Of a stretch of DNA of 64,000 nt, positions 44,607 through 55,182 are shown one piece after another. Where the stretch lies: the NCBI GenBank assembly GCA_000146045.2, contig BK006934.2, forward strand, positions 160,001 through 224,000, written 5' to 3'. The position numbers and the translations under genes were made by a program. Position 1 is the first letter of the stretch. Each line of letters starts with the position of its first letter. The DNA is from TPA_inf: Saccharomyces (lineage: Eukaryota). A model generated the notes under the pieces. That model saw nothing but the letters and a program-made list of their open reading frames with translations. It made no database searches and was not told the origin of the DNA.

Positions 44607-46151
44607 ATGGTTGCAGAATTTCAAATAGCGAGTGCACAGTCATCGGCATTGACATCTACTGAAGAAGAGCATTGTTCAATAAACTCAGACAAAGCCGCAA
44701 AACTGGATCTGGAATTGACCAGTGAACGAAAAAATGACGGCAAACAATCGCATGAAGTGACCTTCAACGAGGACATCGCGGACCCAGAAGATATAGCACG
44801 GCATATGAGCACCGCCCGCCGGTATTATATTTCCTCGTTAATTACATTCACATCGATGGTAATTACGATGATCTCGTCCAGCTGGACGCTTCCTTCAACG
44901 CACATAATCGAACACTTTCATATTTCGCACGAAGTCAGCACTCTGGGAATTACGCTTTATGTGTTTGGGCTCGGTATAGGACCTTTATTTCTGTCTCCAC
45001 TAAGTGAACTATATGGACGAAGGATCACATTTTTATACGCCCTTACGCTCAGTATCATATGGCAGTGTTTGACCATTTGGTCCAAGACCATTACGGGTGT
45101 CATGTTTGGCAGATTTCTATCCGGGTTTTTTGGTTCAGCCTTTCTAAGTGTGGCTGGCGGCGCCATTGCCGATATATTCGACAAAGACCAAATTGGTATT
45201 CCTATGGCAATATACACTACATCGGCCTTTTTGGGGCCCTCTTTAGGACCAATCATTGGTGGAGCCTTATACCATCAAAGTTATAAATGGACATTTATCA
45301 CACTTCTCATCACTTCTGGATGTTGTCTCGTTATGATCATCTTTACCATACCTGAAACCTACAAACCAATGCTGTTAATACGTAAAGCTAAGAGATTGAG
45401 GAAAGAGAAAAATGATCAACGGTATTATGCTGTCCTGGAAGTCACCCGCGAACAGACTTCCTTACTTTCCGCAATCTTTCTCTCAACCAAAAGACCCTTT
45501 GGCCTGTTACTTCGAGACCGAATGATGGGTGTGCTTTGCTTCTATACTGGATTGGAACTTGCCATAATATATTTATATTTCGTAGCGTTTCCTTATGTGT
45601 TCAAGAAACTTTACAACTTTGGGCCCATGGAGATTGCATGCTCCTATATCGGTATTATGGTCGGCATGATACTCTCGGCTCCTACTTGCTTGTTATTCCA
45701 AAAAACGTTTGAGTGGAGAGTCAAAAGAAATAATGGCGTCAAGACTCCCGAAATGAGATTCGAGCCTCTGTTCTACGGCGCCTTTTTGACCCCAGTTGGG
45801 CTCTTCATTTTTGCATTCACCTGCTACAAGCATGTCCATTGGATTGCACCAATTATAGGCAGTGCAATTTTCGGTTCAGGTGTTTATTTCGTCTTTACCG
45901 GTGTTTTTGCGTATACAGTGGATGCCTATAGAAGATATGCAGCTTCTGGAATGGCTTGTAACACATTTGTGAGATGCATAATGGCCGGTGTCTTCCCTCT
46001 TTTCGGACTCCAGATGTACAAGTCAATGGGAGTGAATTGGGCCGGCTTTCTCTTGGCAATGGTGACCGTAGCGATGATTCCTGTCCCATTTCTGTTTACC
46101 AAATACGGTGCCCGACTGAGAGCCAAGTCGCCGTATGCATGGGATGATTGA
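44607..46151 (+). CDS. YHK8: MFS DHA1-family putative drug:H+ antiporter (514 aa)
   Basis: 12-TM MFS topology, with an MFS motif region around GRFLSGFFGSAFLSVAGGAIADIF. Confidence 0.85.
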   Translation: MVAEFQIASAQSSALTSTEEEHCSINSDKAAKLDLELTSERKNDGKQSHEVTFNEDIADPEDIARHMSTARRYYISSLITFTSMVITMISSSWTLPSTHIIEHFHISHEVSTLGITLYVFGLGIGPLFLSPLSELYGRRITFLYALTLSIIWQCLTIWSKTITGVMFGRFLSGFFGSAFLSVAGGAIADIFDKDQIGIPMAIYTTSAFLGPSLGPIIGGALYHQSYKWTFITLLITSGCCLVMIIFTIPETYKPMLLIRKAKRLRKEKNDQRYYAVLEVTREQTSLLSAIFLSTKRPFGLLLRDRMMGVLCFYTGLELAIIYLYFVAFPYVFKKLYNFGPMEIACSYIGIMVGMILSAPTCLLFQKTFEWRVKRNNGVKTPEMRFEPLFYGAFLTPVGLFIFAFTCYKHVHWIAPIIGSAIFGSGVYFVFTGVFAYTVDAYRRYAASGMACNTFVRCIMAGVFPLFGLQMYKSMGVNWAGFLLAMVTVAMIPVPFLFTKYGARLRAKSPYAWDD

Positions 46152-46461
46152 TTTTTTTGCATATTTTTTCCTTTGGATGTTGCATAATCTTTTCCCGCTT
46201 ACGTCATTGGTGATAGATTGTTTCGGATCTTCAAAAGGCAACACGCATAGGCCAAAGAAAAAAGAAATTTTGCATTTTTTCATTTTTGCATATTCTCGCA
46301 TGTTTTCTTTCTTTTTCTCTAGTTTTCGAATGTTTTTGGCTGCAATGTATATTGTATATAAACCATAAAGGTGCAAAATGCCAGATGTACGCGGCCAATC
46401 TTAATTTTCTAGTAAAAGTAGCAGCTAAATCTGAAACTCTCTAGCTTGTAATAAACGAAGG

Positions 46462-47193
46462 ATGACTGTACAAATTCCAAAATTATTATTTTTACACGGC
46501 TTCTTGCAAAACGGTAAAGTTTTCTCCGAAAAATCATCTGGTATTAGAAAATTATTGAAGAAGGCTAATGTCCAATGTGACTATATTGATGCACCAGTCC
46601 TTTTAGAAAAGAAGGACTTGCCATTTGAAATGGATGATGAAAAATGGCAAGCCACCCTAGATGCGGATGTTAACAGAGCCTGGTTCTATCACAGCGAAAT
46701 CTCTCACGAATTGGATATCTCAGAAGGTTTGAAGTCTGTTGTTGATCACATCAAGGCCAATGGCCCATACGACGGCATTGTCGGTTTCTCTCAAGGTGCC
46801 GCATTGTCCTCTATCATCACCAACAAGATCTCAGAGTTAGTTCCAGACCATCCACAATTCAAGGTAAGTGTAGTCATTTCCGGCTATTCCTTCACCGAGC
46901 CAGACCCAGAACATCCTGGAGAATTGAGAATAACCGAAAAATTCAGAGACTCATTTGCGGTAAAACCAGACATGAAGACCAAGATGATCTTCATCTATGG
47001 TGCTTCTGACCAAGCCGTCCCATCCGTCAGATCCAAGTACCTGTACGATATTTATTTGAAGGCGCAAAATGGTAATAAGGAAAAGGTGTTGGCTTACGAA
47101 CACCCTGGTGGACATATGGTTCCAAACAAGAAGGACATTATCAGACCAATTGTTGAACAAATAACCTCTTCCTTACAAGAAGCTTCTGAATAA
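46462..47193 (+). CDS. FSH1: Family-of-serine-hydrolases protein, alpha/beta hydrolase (243 aa)
   Basis: GFSQG nucleophile elbow. 243 aa. Confidence 0.85.
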
Positions 47194-47653
47194 ATCGTAG
47201 GTTGTTGCTTACCTGCTTTCTAGCTTTTTACTATCACACGCAGGGTGTGTGGAGTGAAATGCTGATCGAGTATGTATATATACATATAAGTACTTTGTAT
47301 AGAATGAACCACAAGTTTGTAGCATCCTTTCTCTTCTCTTCCATCCTGCGTGCTGCTAACCCCGCCCGGCGCGAAAAATCCACCCGGGGTGCTTTAGCGT
47401 GGCTTACGAAGACCTTTTTAAACATACTTATACTCTTTCTCGAAGGAAGAAAATAATGCAGAAGAGAAACAGCAGAAAAAAAAGAAATCATATTAAATTT
47501 CAGAATCAGTCTCCTTTTGCTTCTAGTCATTTAACCATCAAACGCGTTTAACCGTTTAGAAAACCCTCTTCAACAACTATTTGTTTTGATACTAATATTA
47601 GCACATCTCTATTGCCATTTAACCACTAATTTTCCGTATAGCGTTTATGTTTG

Positions 47654-49303
47654 ATGACGTCCCAAGAATATGAACCTATTCAATGGAGCGATGAATCCCA
47701 AACAAATAATGATAGTGTCAACGATGCGTATGCCGACGTGAATACCACTCATGAGTCGCGTCGAAGAACAACTTTGCAGCCAAACTCAACATCCCAGAGC
47801 ATGATCGGAACATTGAGAAAATATGCTAGGTTCATCGGTCCTGGTTTGATGGTATCTGTATCGTACATGGATCCTGGTAACTATAGTACAGCTGTAGCAG
47901 CGGGTTCTGCTCATCGGTACAAGCTTTTATTTTCTGTCTTAGTTTCTAATTTCATGGCTGCTTTTTGGCAGTACCTCTGCGCCAGATTGGGTGCTGTCAC
48001 TGGCCTAGATCTGGCACAAAATTGTAAGAAACATTTGCCCTTTGGACTTAACATTACTCTTTATATTCTGGCGGAGATGGCAATTATTGCCACAGATCTG
48101 GCAGAAGTGGTAGGAACCGCTATTTCTTTGAATATCCTTTTCCATATACCTCTCGCCCTAGGTGTGATACTTACTGTGGTAGACGTTTTAATTGTTCTGC
48201 TAGCTTACAAACCTAACGGTTCCATGAAGGGTATCAGAATATTTGAAGCTTTTGTTTCTTTATTGGTGGTTCTTACCGTAGTTTGCTTTACTGTTGAACT
48301 GTTTTATGCCAAACTGGGACCTGCCAAAGAAATATTTTCTGGGTTCTTACCCAGTAAAGCCGTTTTTGAAGGTGATGGGTTATACTTAAGTCTGGCAATT
48401 CTGGGCGCCACGGTAATGCCTCATTCATTATATTTGGGGTCAGGTGTGGTTCAACCAAGATTAAGAGAGTATGATATCAAAAACGGACATTACTTGCCAG
48501 ACGCGAATGATATGGATAACAATCACGATAATTACAGGCCATCCTATGAGGCCATCAGTGAAACTCTGCACTTTACTATAACGGAATTACTGATCTCGCT
48601 GTTCACGGTGGCATTATTTGTCAATTGTGCCATTCTTATCGTGTCTGGCGCTACACTATACGGGTCCACTCAAAATGCTGAGGAAGCTGACTTATTTTCT
48701 ATTTACAACTTACTCTGTAGTACTCTTTCCAAGGGAGCGGGAACGGTATTCGTGCTGGCATTGTTGTTTTCAGGACAGAGTGCCGGTATCGTGTGTACGT
48801 TGAGTGGACAAATGGTTAGTGAAGGGTTCTTAAATTGGACTGTTTCTCCGGCATTGAGAAGATCCGCCACAAGAGCGGTAGCCATCACGCCTTGTTTGAT
48901 TTTAGTGCTTGTAGCTGGACGTAGCGGCCTCTCTGGTGCACTAAATGCTTCCCAAGTGGTACTTTCTCTCTTGCTGCCTTTTGTTTCTGCACCTTTACTT
49001 TACTTCACTTCAAGCAAGAAGATTATGCGTGTACAGCTTAACCGTACCAAAGAACTTTCAAGAACTACAGACAAAAAACCCGTGGCCGACCGAACCGAAG
49101 ATGATGAGACCATTGAGCTCGAAGAAATGGGCATAGGCAGCAGCTCACAGGAGCGCAGCTTAGTTTCTCCTGCTCCAGAATACAAAGACATGAGCAATGG
49201 AATGATCGTCACCGTGCTCGCAATCATAGTATGGTTGATTATCTCCGGACTGAACTTTTATATGTTACTGGGCTTTACTACGGGCAAAGAAGTACACCTC
49301 TAA
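47654..49303 (+). CDS. SMF2: Nramp-family divalent metal (Mn2+) transporter (549 aa)
   Basis: Nramp signature (DPGN, MPH..LYLGSG). The first ATG is at 47654, one codon after the TTG track start. Confidence 0.9.
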   Translation: MTSQEYEPIQWSDESQTNNDSVNDAYADVNTTHESRRRTTLQPNSTSQSMIGTLRKYARFIGPGLMVSVSYMDPGNYSTAVAAGSAHRYKLLFSVLVSNFMAAFWQYLCARLGAVTGLDLAQNCKKHLPFGLNITLYILAEMAIIATDLAEVVGTAISLNILFHIPLALGVILTVVDVLIVLLAYKPNGSMKGIRIFEAFVSLLVVLTVVCFTVELFYAKLGPAKEIFSGFLPSKAVFEGDGLYLSLAILGATVMPHSLYLGSGVVQPRLREYDIKNGHYLPDANDMDNNHDNYRPSYEAISETLHFTITELLISLFTVALFVNCAILIVSGATLYGSTQNAEEADLFSIYNLLCSTLSKGAGTVFVLALLFSGQSAGIVCTLSGQMVSEGFLNWTVSPALRRSATRAVAITPCLILVLVAGRSGLSGALNASQVVLSLLLPFVSAPLLYFTSSKKIMRVQLNRTKELSRTTDKKPVADRTEDDETIELEEMGIGSSSQERSLVSPAPEYKDMSNGMIVTVLAIIVWLIISGLNFYMLLGFTTGKEVHL

Positions 49304-49418
49304 TATAACAATTCTTTAGACTAGTATAAGTATACATTTTATCCAAGAATAATAACAGAAAATTCCAATCAAAAAGTTGGTGTTAGGCTATACTGATGGC
49401 CGTATCGCTCCATACGAG

Positions 49419-49425
49419 CCAATCA
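49419..49425. promoter_or_regulatory. CCAATCA box (Hap2/3/4/5 site), about 280 bp upstream of COX6
   Basis: The motif is read directly. COX6 is a known HAP-complex-regulated respiratory gene. Confidence 0.45.
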
Positions 49426-49704
49426 GGGCCCCGCGCGTTATTTCCGCCGCTTACAGCTTTCTTTGAATCTCCCTATGAAAAGGGACCTAATTGGTCCGGT
49501 CAAAGCATTAATAAAGATCAACAATTGCTCTTGCTTATCAAGGTGCCAGATCTCAAGGTTACCTCATTTCTTTACATTTCATCCACATTTTAGCACACTT
49601 ATTTATTATTACAATTTGAAAAATTGTATCACTTCTGAGACTTAGTAGCGGAGATAAACAGCCGAACAATTGTATTTGACACATAAACTAATAAATATAC
49701 AACA

Positions 49705-50151
49705 ATGTTATCAAGGGCCATATTCAGAAATCCAGTTATAAATAGAACTTTATTGAGAGCCAGACCTGGTGCTTATCATGCAACTAGATTGACTAAAAAT
49801 ACGTTTATTCAAAGTAGGAAGTATTCTGACGCACATGATGAAGAAACCTTTGAGGAATTCACCGCAAGATACGAAAAGGAGTTTGATGAAGCCTATGATT
49901 TGTTTGAAGTGCAAAGAGTGCTCAACAACTGTTTTTCCTATGATTTAGTTCCTGCTCCTGCTGTTATTGAAAAAGCTTTGAGGGCTGCCAGAAGAGTCAA
50001 TGACTTACCTACCGCAATTAGAGTATTTGAGGCTTTGAAATACAAGGTGGAGAATGAAGACCAATACAAGGCCTACTTGGATGAATTGAAGGATGTCAGA
50101 CAAGAATTGGGCGTTCCCTTAAAGGAAGAGCTATTTCCAAGCTCTTCTTAA
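49705..50151 (+). CDS. COX6: Cytochrome c oxidase subunit VI (148 aa precursor)
   Basis: 148 aa, with an N-terminal mitochondrial presequence followed by a Cox5a-like domain. Confidence 0.9.
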   Translation: MLSRAIFRNPVINRTLLRARPGAYHATRLTKNTFIQSRKYSDAHDEETFEEFTARYEKEFDEAYDLFEVQRVLNNCFSYDLVPAPAVIEKALRAARRVNDLPTAIRVFEALKYKVENEDQYKAYLDELKDVRQELGVPLKEELFPSSS

Positions 50152-50847
50152 TAATAAGGAAAAAGCTACCACACAACGTCTGTAATTTGTTGTCCTTTTT
50201 TTATTTGTGGAAAATTCCTCAATTTGAAATAAGATTCGTATTTATTTTGTAAAACGATTTTAGTTTTTATTTTTTTTTTTTCTTCCCTTTTACCTTATTA
50301 TTTGTTTTACCCTTTATGGATATTCATCCACTCAGAAACTAATATATCAAAATCAACGATAAGATCACAAGAGGTGAAATAAGAAAAGTAAAAGAAAAAT
50401 ATTTAAATTTAACCATTATGATTTCCACTTTGTTTTCTCTACTCTATTACTTGAACAAACTTTATTTTTGGTAATGAGGGCTGGTCACAGATTACCTTTA
50501 ATATCCTTTGTTAGTAGCTTTTTTGTGTTCTATTTCAGGAAAGAAGAATGGGAAAAATAATAAAACAATAAATAACTATATAAAAAACAAAAACCTAGAA
50601 TATACCATTAAAGAATTACTATTCTATTCTGTGCTTCACCGTTGCGTCAATAAATGTGAAGTTGATGTCACTTCATACTAAAAAAATTAAAGACAATTTC
50701 CTGAAAAAAATTTTTCCACTGGAGCTCATCGCAAATTTTGAAAAGTAACAAAAAGCGTTTGTATACTGCATAAAGAATAGTGTCTGTTTTATAAGAAATA
50801 TTAGACAGCAGGCAGATAAACCTACGTTCCAGACTATAAAGTATAAA

Positions 50848-51978
50848 ATGGCTAAAAAGAGTAACTCAAAGAAATCTACGCCTGTAAGTACACCAAGCAA
50901 AGAAAAGAAGAAGGTTATTGAAAAGAAATCTTCCACAGCCATTCCTAGGGAAAGAGTTATTAAAGCTGTCAACGAGCTTATAAAATTCACTTCCAAGCCA
51001 CAAGATGAAAATAATGAAGAAGGAAATAACGGTAAGAAAAACCTATTGGAAGATGATGAAGAAGAATTGAAGAAAGATCTGCAATTAATCGTAGTAAATA
51101 ATAAATCATTCACCGGTACTTCCAAATCATTCAAATTGAAATTACTAAATGTCAAACATTCGTTTTACAAGCCTTGGAAAGAAGCCAGTGCAACAGCGGT
51201 TAAGGATTTCAAAGTTTTATTAATTTTGAAGGATTCTGATATTAAGAAAGTTTCAGAAGATGATTTATTTGATCAATTAGATTCAGAAGGAATCAAGGTT
51301 GATGAAATCATTTGCGGGAAAGACTTAAAGACCGTTTACAAGGCATATGAGGCTAGAAACGCTTTTATATCTCAGTTTTCTTTGATTTTGGCTGACGACA
51401 GTATAGTTACATCTTTGCCAAAACTTATGGGAGGCAAAGCCTACAACAAAGTAGAAACTACTCCTATATCAATTAGAACACATGCAAATAAGGAATTTTC
51501 CTTGACCACTTTGACGAACAATATCAAAAAGGTTTACATGAATCAGTTGCCCGTTAAACTTCCAAGAGGTACCACGTTGAATGTCCATTTGGGTAATTTA
51601 GAATGGTTAAGGCCAGAAGAGTTTGTAGATAACGTTGAATTAATTTCTGAACAGTTAATCAAAGCATACCAAATCAGATCCATTTTTATCAAGACCAATA
51701 GGTCGCCCGTATTGCCATTATACTATAACCAGGACGTTCTTGATGAACTTGAAGCTAAAAAGGACAAAATCGAAGAAACCCACGAAGATGACATGGTCAC
51801 CATTGATGGTGTACAAGTTCATTTGTCTACCTTCAACAAGGGTTTGATGGAAATCGCCAATCCTTCCGAATTGGGTTCAATTTTCTCTAAACAAATTAAC
51901 AATGCAAAAAAGAGATCTTCTAGCGAGCTTGAAAAAGAATCTAGCGAGTCAGAAGCTGTCAAGAAGGCTAAAAGTTAA
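50848..51978 (+). CDS. CIC1: Ribosomal L1-domain nucleolar protein Cic1/Nsa3 (376 aa)
   Basis: Lys-rich N-terminus and an L1-like fold. 376 aa. Confidence 0.85.
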   Translation: MAKKSNSKKSTPVSTPSKEKKKVIEKKSSTAIPRERVIKAVNELIKFTSKPQDENNEEGNNGKKNLLEDDEEELKKDLQLIVVNNKSFTGTSKSFKLKLLNVKHSFYKPWKEASATAVKDFKVLLILKDSDIKKVSEDDLFDQLDSEGIKVDEIICGKDLKTVYKAYEARNAFISQFSLILADDSIVTSLPKLMGGKAYNKVETTPISIRTHANKEFSLTTLTNNIKKVYMNQLPVKLPRGTTLNVHLGNLEWLRPEEFVDNVELISEQLIKAYQIRSIFIKTNRSPVLPLYYNQDVLDELEAKKDKIEETHEDDMVTIDGVQVHLSTFNKGLMEIANPSELGSIFSKQINNAKKRSSSELEKESSESEAVKKAKS

Positions 51979-52534
51979 TTTGTTTCCTCCTTATCTATCT
52001 TTTCTCTCATTTTTTTCTTGTGAAGAAAAAAATTTGAATTTCATAGAGTGCGGTGCATATGTATATATCTATATATGTTTGAAGTGTATATTAAAAATAA
52101 AGTCATTATTTGAATATTGGTTTCTCGGTCTAAGAGCTTATACGTTTTAGACTGATCTGTTGTACTATCCGCTTCAAATAAATAGATCATTGAAAGTGAC
52201 GGGGATAACAGCATTTTACCTTTAAAAGACGTTCTCATAATACATTTTAGGATTAATACATATGCTTTTTTTTTATTCGAAATCTGGGGATTCTATACAG
52301 AGTTGTAAGTTAGGCAAACTAGAATTTGGTAATAATATTTTATTCTTGGGGCGACATATGGAGATACTTTATTTCCTTTTCTTAATTATTAACGTATACC
52401 TATAAATTAACAAAGTATCTAAACAAAATACATAAGTGTACTCAAACTGAGTAGAATCGTCGATTAAACTTCCTTCTCCTTTTAAAAATTAAAAACAGCA
52501 AATAGTTAGATGAATATATTAAAGACTATTCGTT

Positions 52535-52720
52535 TCATTTCCCAGAGCAGCATGACTTCTTGGTTTCTTCAGACTTGTTACCGCAGGGGCATTTGTCGTC
52601 GCTGTTACACCCCGTTGGGCAGCTACATGATTTTTGGCATTGTTCATTATTTTTGCAGCTACCACATTGGCATTGGCACTCATGACCTTCATTTTGGAAG
52701 TTAATTAATTCGCTGAACAT
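52535..52720 (-). CDS. CUP1-1: Copper metallothionein (61 aa)
   Basis: MFSELINFQNEGHECQCQCGSCKNNEQCQKSCSCPTGCNSDDKCPCGNKSEETKKSCCSGK, with 12 Cys in C-x-C and C-x-x-C arrays. Confidence 0.97.
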   Translation of the reverse strand: MFSELINFQNEGHECQCQCGSCKNNEQCQKSCSCPTGCNSDDKCPCGNKSEETKKSCCSGK

Positions 52721-52884
52721 TTTATGTGATGATTGATTGATTGATTGTACAGTTTGTTTTTCTTAATATCTATTTCGATGACTTCTATATGATATTGCAC
52801 TAACAAGAAGATATTATAATGCAATTGATACAAGACAAGGAGTTATTTGCTTCTCTTTTATATGATTCTGACAATCCATATTGC

Positions 52885-52995
52885 GTTGGTAGTCTTTTTT
52901 GCTGGAACGGTTCAGCGGAAAAGACGCATCGCTCTTTTTGCTTCTAGAAGAAATGCCAGCAAAAGAATCTCTTGACAGTGACTGACAGCAAAAAT
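52885..52995 (-). promoter_or_regulatory. CUP1 UAS: clustered T-rich GCTG/CAGC Ace1(Cup2) copper-responsive elements, plus an Hsf1-type HSE (TTCtaGAA at 52942-52949)
   Basis: Repeated TTTTTGCTG and CAGCAAAAG elements and cTTCTAGAAg are read directly upstream of CUP1-1. The same block recurs at +1998. Confidence 0.75.
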
Positions 52996-53184
52996 GTCTT
53001 TTTCTAACTAGTAACAAGGCTAAGATATCAGCCTGAAATAAAGGGTGGTGAAGTAATAATTAAATCATCCGTATAAACCTATACACATATATGAGGAAAA
53101 ATAATACAAAAGTGTTTTAAATACAGATACATACATGAACATATGCACGTATAGCGCCCAAATGTCGGTAATGGGATCGGCTTA

Positions 53185-54249
53185 CTAATTATAAAATGCA
53201 TCATAGAAATCGTTGAAGTTTGCCGTAGTAATACCCAGATTATCAGATTCCAAATCCTTGTCAATAATTATACTCCTTTGGACAACTTCTCTTTCCATTA
53301 AAAAATCTGAAATCTCCTTAAATTTTAAATAGATTCTGTTCAGTTCACTAACGGGGAATTTCAAGAGAACATTTTTGTTCTTCGCCGACTGACTATAATC
53401 TGTAACATTATTGTTATCAGAGTTTCTCGCAAAATTTTGTTTTTTCTTGCTAAATCTCAGCATATATTTAATCAGATTCAAAACCTTGTTGAAACCTTTA
53501 ATAGATTTGAAACTTCCGTTGCTATTCATTTCATCTCGTAAAAAGGATACGATAATTTCTATTTTTTTTAAAATTTCCAAAATCTTGTCATGAATCAATA
53601 GCAATTGAACATTAATCTCCTCATTTGAAAGATTTTTGTAAAATTCGTCATATAATATTACTTCACAACGTTGGAAAATAGCAAATGTGATTGCTATAAA
53701 ATTCTGTAAGATTTCAATAAAATGATTTGCGAATAAAAATTCTTTACCATTAGAATGAAAGCGATTATTGCCGCTTGAAAATGACTTTATCGACTTTATG
53801 GGGAAGATAAAATTAAATGTTATTGAGTAAAAAATGTGCATATTAGAAATAATTTTCATCAGATCCTTTGCACATCTTTCAGAGTTCGAGGTCTTATTGT
53901 TGTTAGAAGAATGTTGAACTGCCATGGACAAAGAGGATTCGTTTTGAACAAAAAGGAAAAAATTTGTATAAACAATGGTATTGATAAAATTTAAAGTGTC
54001 TTTCCATTCTTTTCTGACTTCGTTGTCATGAAAATATAAGTCTACTGTATTACTCACGCCCATAGTCAAGGTTTCTAACAGACTTTCAATTTTGGTTAAA
54101 TTTACTGGCAAGTAGAAAGGAACACCTTGCAGAATATTTATCAATTTTGCTTGCGTTTCCAGTAATTTTAAATCGTTAGCAATTAAAGGAATGTCGTTCG
54201 TATCAATAGAGGCAGGTATCGGAGATAGGTTTTCAGCAGCGGGTACCAT
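53185..54249 (-). CDS. YHR054C: 5'-truncated duplicate of the RSC30 C-terminus, created by the CUP1 amplicon junction (354 aa)
   Basis: The translation is identical to the last 354 aa of the full RSC30 ORF (MVPAAENLSPIP...DAFYN). The copy starts at an internal Met immediately after the repeat junction. Confidence 0.85.
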   Translation of the reverse strand: MVPAAENLSPIPASIDTNDIPLIANDLKLLETQAKLINILQGVPFYLPVNLTKIESLLETLTMGVSNTVDLYFHDNEVRKEWKDTLNFINTIVYTNFFLFVQNESSLSMAVQHSSNNNKTSNSERCAKDLMKIISNMHIFYSITFNFIFPIKSIKSFSSGNNRFHSNGKEFLFANHFIEILQNFIAITFAIFQRCEVILYDEFYKNLSNEEINVQLLLIHDKILEILKKIEIIVSFLRDEMNSNGSFKSIKGFNKVLNLIKYMLRFSKKKQNFARNSDNNNVTDYSQSAKNKNVLLKFPVSELNRIYLKFKEISDFLMEREVVQRSIIIDKDLESDNLGITTANFNDFYDAFYN

Positions 54250-54532
54250 GAATAGCTTTTTTTTTTTTTTTTATTCGAAATCTGGGGATTCTATACAGAG
54301 TTGTAAGTTAGGCAAACTAGAATTTGGTAATAATATTTTATTCTTGGGGCGACATATGGAGATACTTTATTTCCTTTTCTTAATTATTAACGTATACCTA
54401 TAAATTAACAAAGTATCTAAACAAAATACATAAGTGTACTCAAACTGAGTAGAATCGTCGATTAAACTTCCTTCTCCTTTTAAAAATTAAAAACAGCAAA
54501 TAGTTAGATGAATATATTAAAGACTATTCGTT

Positions 54533-54718
54533 TCATTTCCCAGAGCAGCATGACTTCTTGGTTTCTTCAGACTTGTTACCGCAGGGGCATTTGTCGTCGC
54601 TGTTACACCCCGTTGGGCAGCTACATGATTTTTGGCATTGTTCATTATTTTTGCAGCTACCACATTGGCATTGGCACTCATGACCTTCATTTTGGAAGTT
54701 AATTAATTCGCTGAACAT
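54533..54718 (-). CDS. CUP1-2: Copper metallothionein, second copy (61 aa)
   Basis: Identical 61-aa product to CUP1-1, at +1998 bp. Confidence 0.97.
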   Translation of the reverse strand: MFSELINFQNEGHECQCQCGSCKNNEQCQKSCSCPTGCNSDDKCPCGNKSEETKKSCCSGK

Positions 54719-54882
54719 TTTATGTGATGATTGATTGATTGATTGTACAGTTTGTTTTTCTTAATATCTATTTCGATGACTTCTATATGATATTGCACTA
54801 ACAAGAAGATATTATAATGCAATTGATACAAGACAAGGAGTTATTTGCTTCTCTTTTATATGATTCTGACAATCCATATTGC

Positions 54883-54993
54883 GTTGGTAGTCTTTTTTGC
54901 TGGAACGGTTCAGCGGAAAAGACGCATCGCTCTTTTTGCTTCTAGAAGAAATGCCAGCAAAAGAATCTCTTGACAGTGACTGACAGCAAAAAT
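54883..54993 (-). promoter_or_regulatory. CUP1 UAS, copy 2 (Ace1 sites and the HSE at 54940-54947)
   Basis: Sequence identical to the 52885-52995 block. Confidence 0.75.
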
Positions 54994-55182
54994 GTCTTTT
55001 TCTAACTAGTAACAAGGCTAAGATATCAGCCTGAAATAAAGGGTGGTGAAGTAATAATTAAATCATCCGTATAAACCTATACACATATATGAGGAAAAAT
55101 AATACAAAAGTGTTTTAAATACAGATACATACATGAACATATGCACGTATAGCGCCCAAATGTCGGTAATGGGATCGGCTTA

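Larger units (their letters stand above)
52510..53228 (+). ncRNA. RUF5-1: Possible RUF5-1 ncRNA, antisense to CUP1-1. Recalled from the annotation and not verifiable from the sequence.
   Basis: Based only on my memory of an annotated RNA of unknown function of about 719 nt in each CUP1 repeat. No structural evidence was read. Confidence 0.25.
52264..54255. repeat. CUP1 amplicon, repeat unit 1 of the 1998-bp tandem repeat
   Basis: Essentially identical to 54256-56250, with a period of 1998 bp measured from matching positions such as 52510 and 54508. The junction is a GC followed by a T-run, 9 T in copy 1 and 16 T in copy 2. Confidence 0.9.

Noticed and set aside
50673-51155. 160-aa ORF on the minus strand overlapping the CIC1 5' end
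   Set aside because: It is antisense to the Lys-rich CIC1 N-terminus (AAG/AAA gives TTT/CTT Phe/Leu/Ser-rich text). It has no start context or homology.
52510-52704. 64-aa ORF on the + strand overlapping CUP1-1, and its twin at 54508-54702
   Set aside because: It is antisense to the CUP1 coding sequence, and the Cys codons read backwards give an open frame. At most it corresponds to a non-coding antisense RNA, not a protein.
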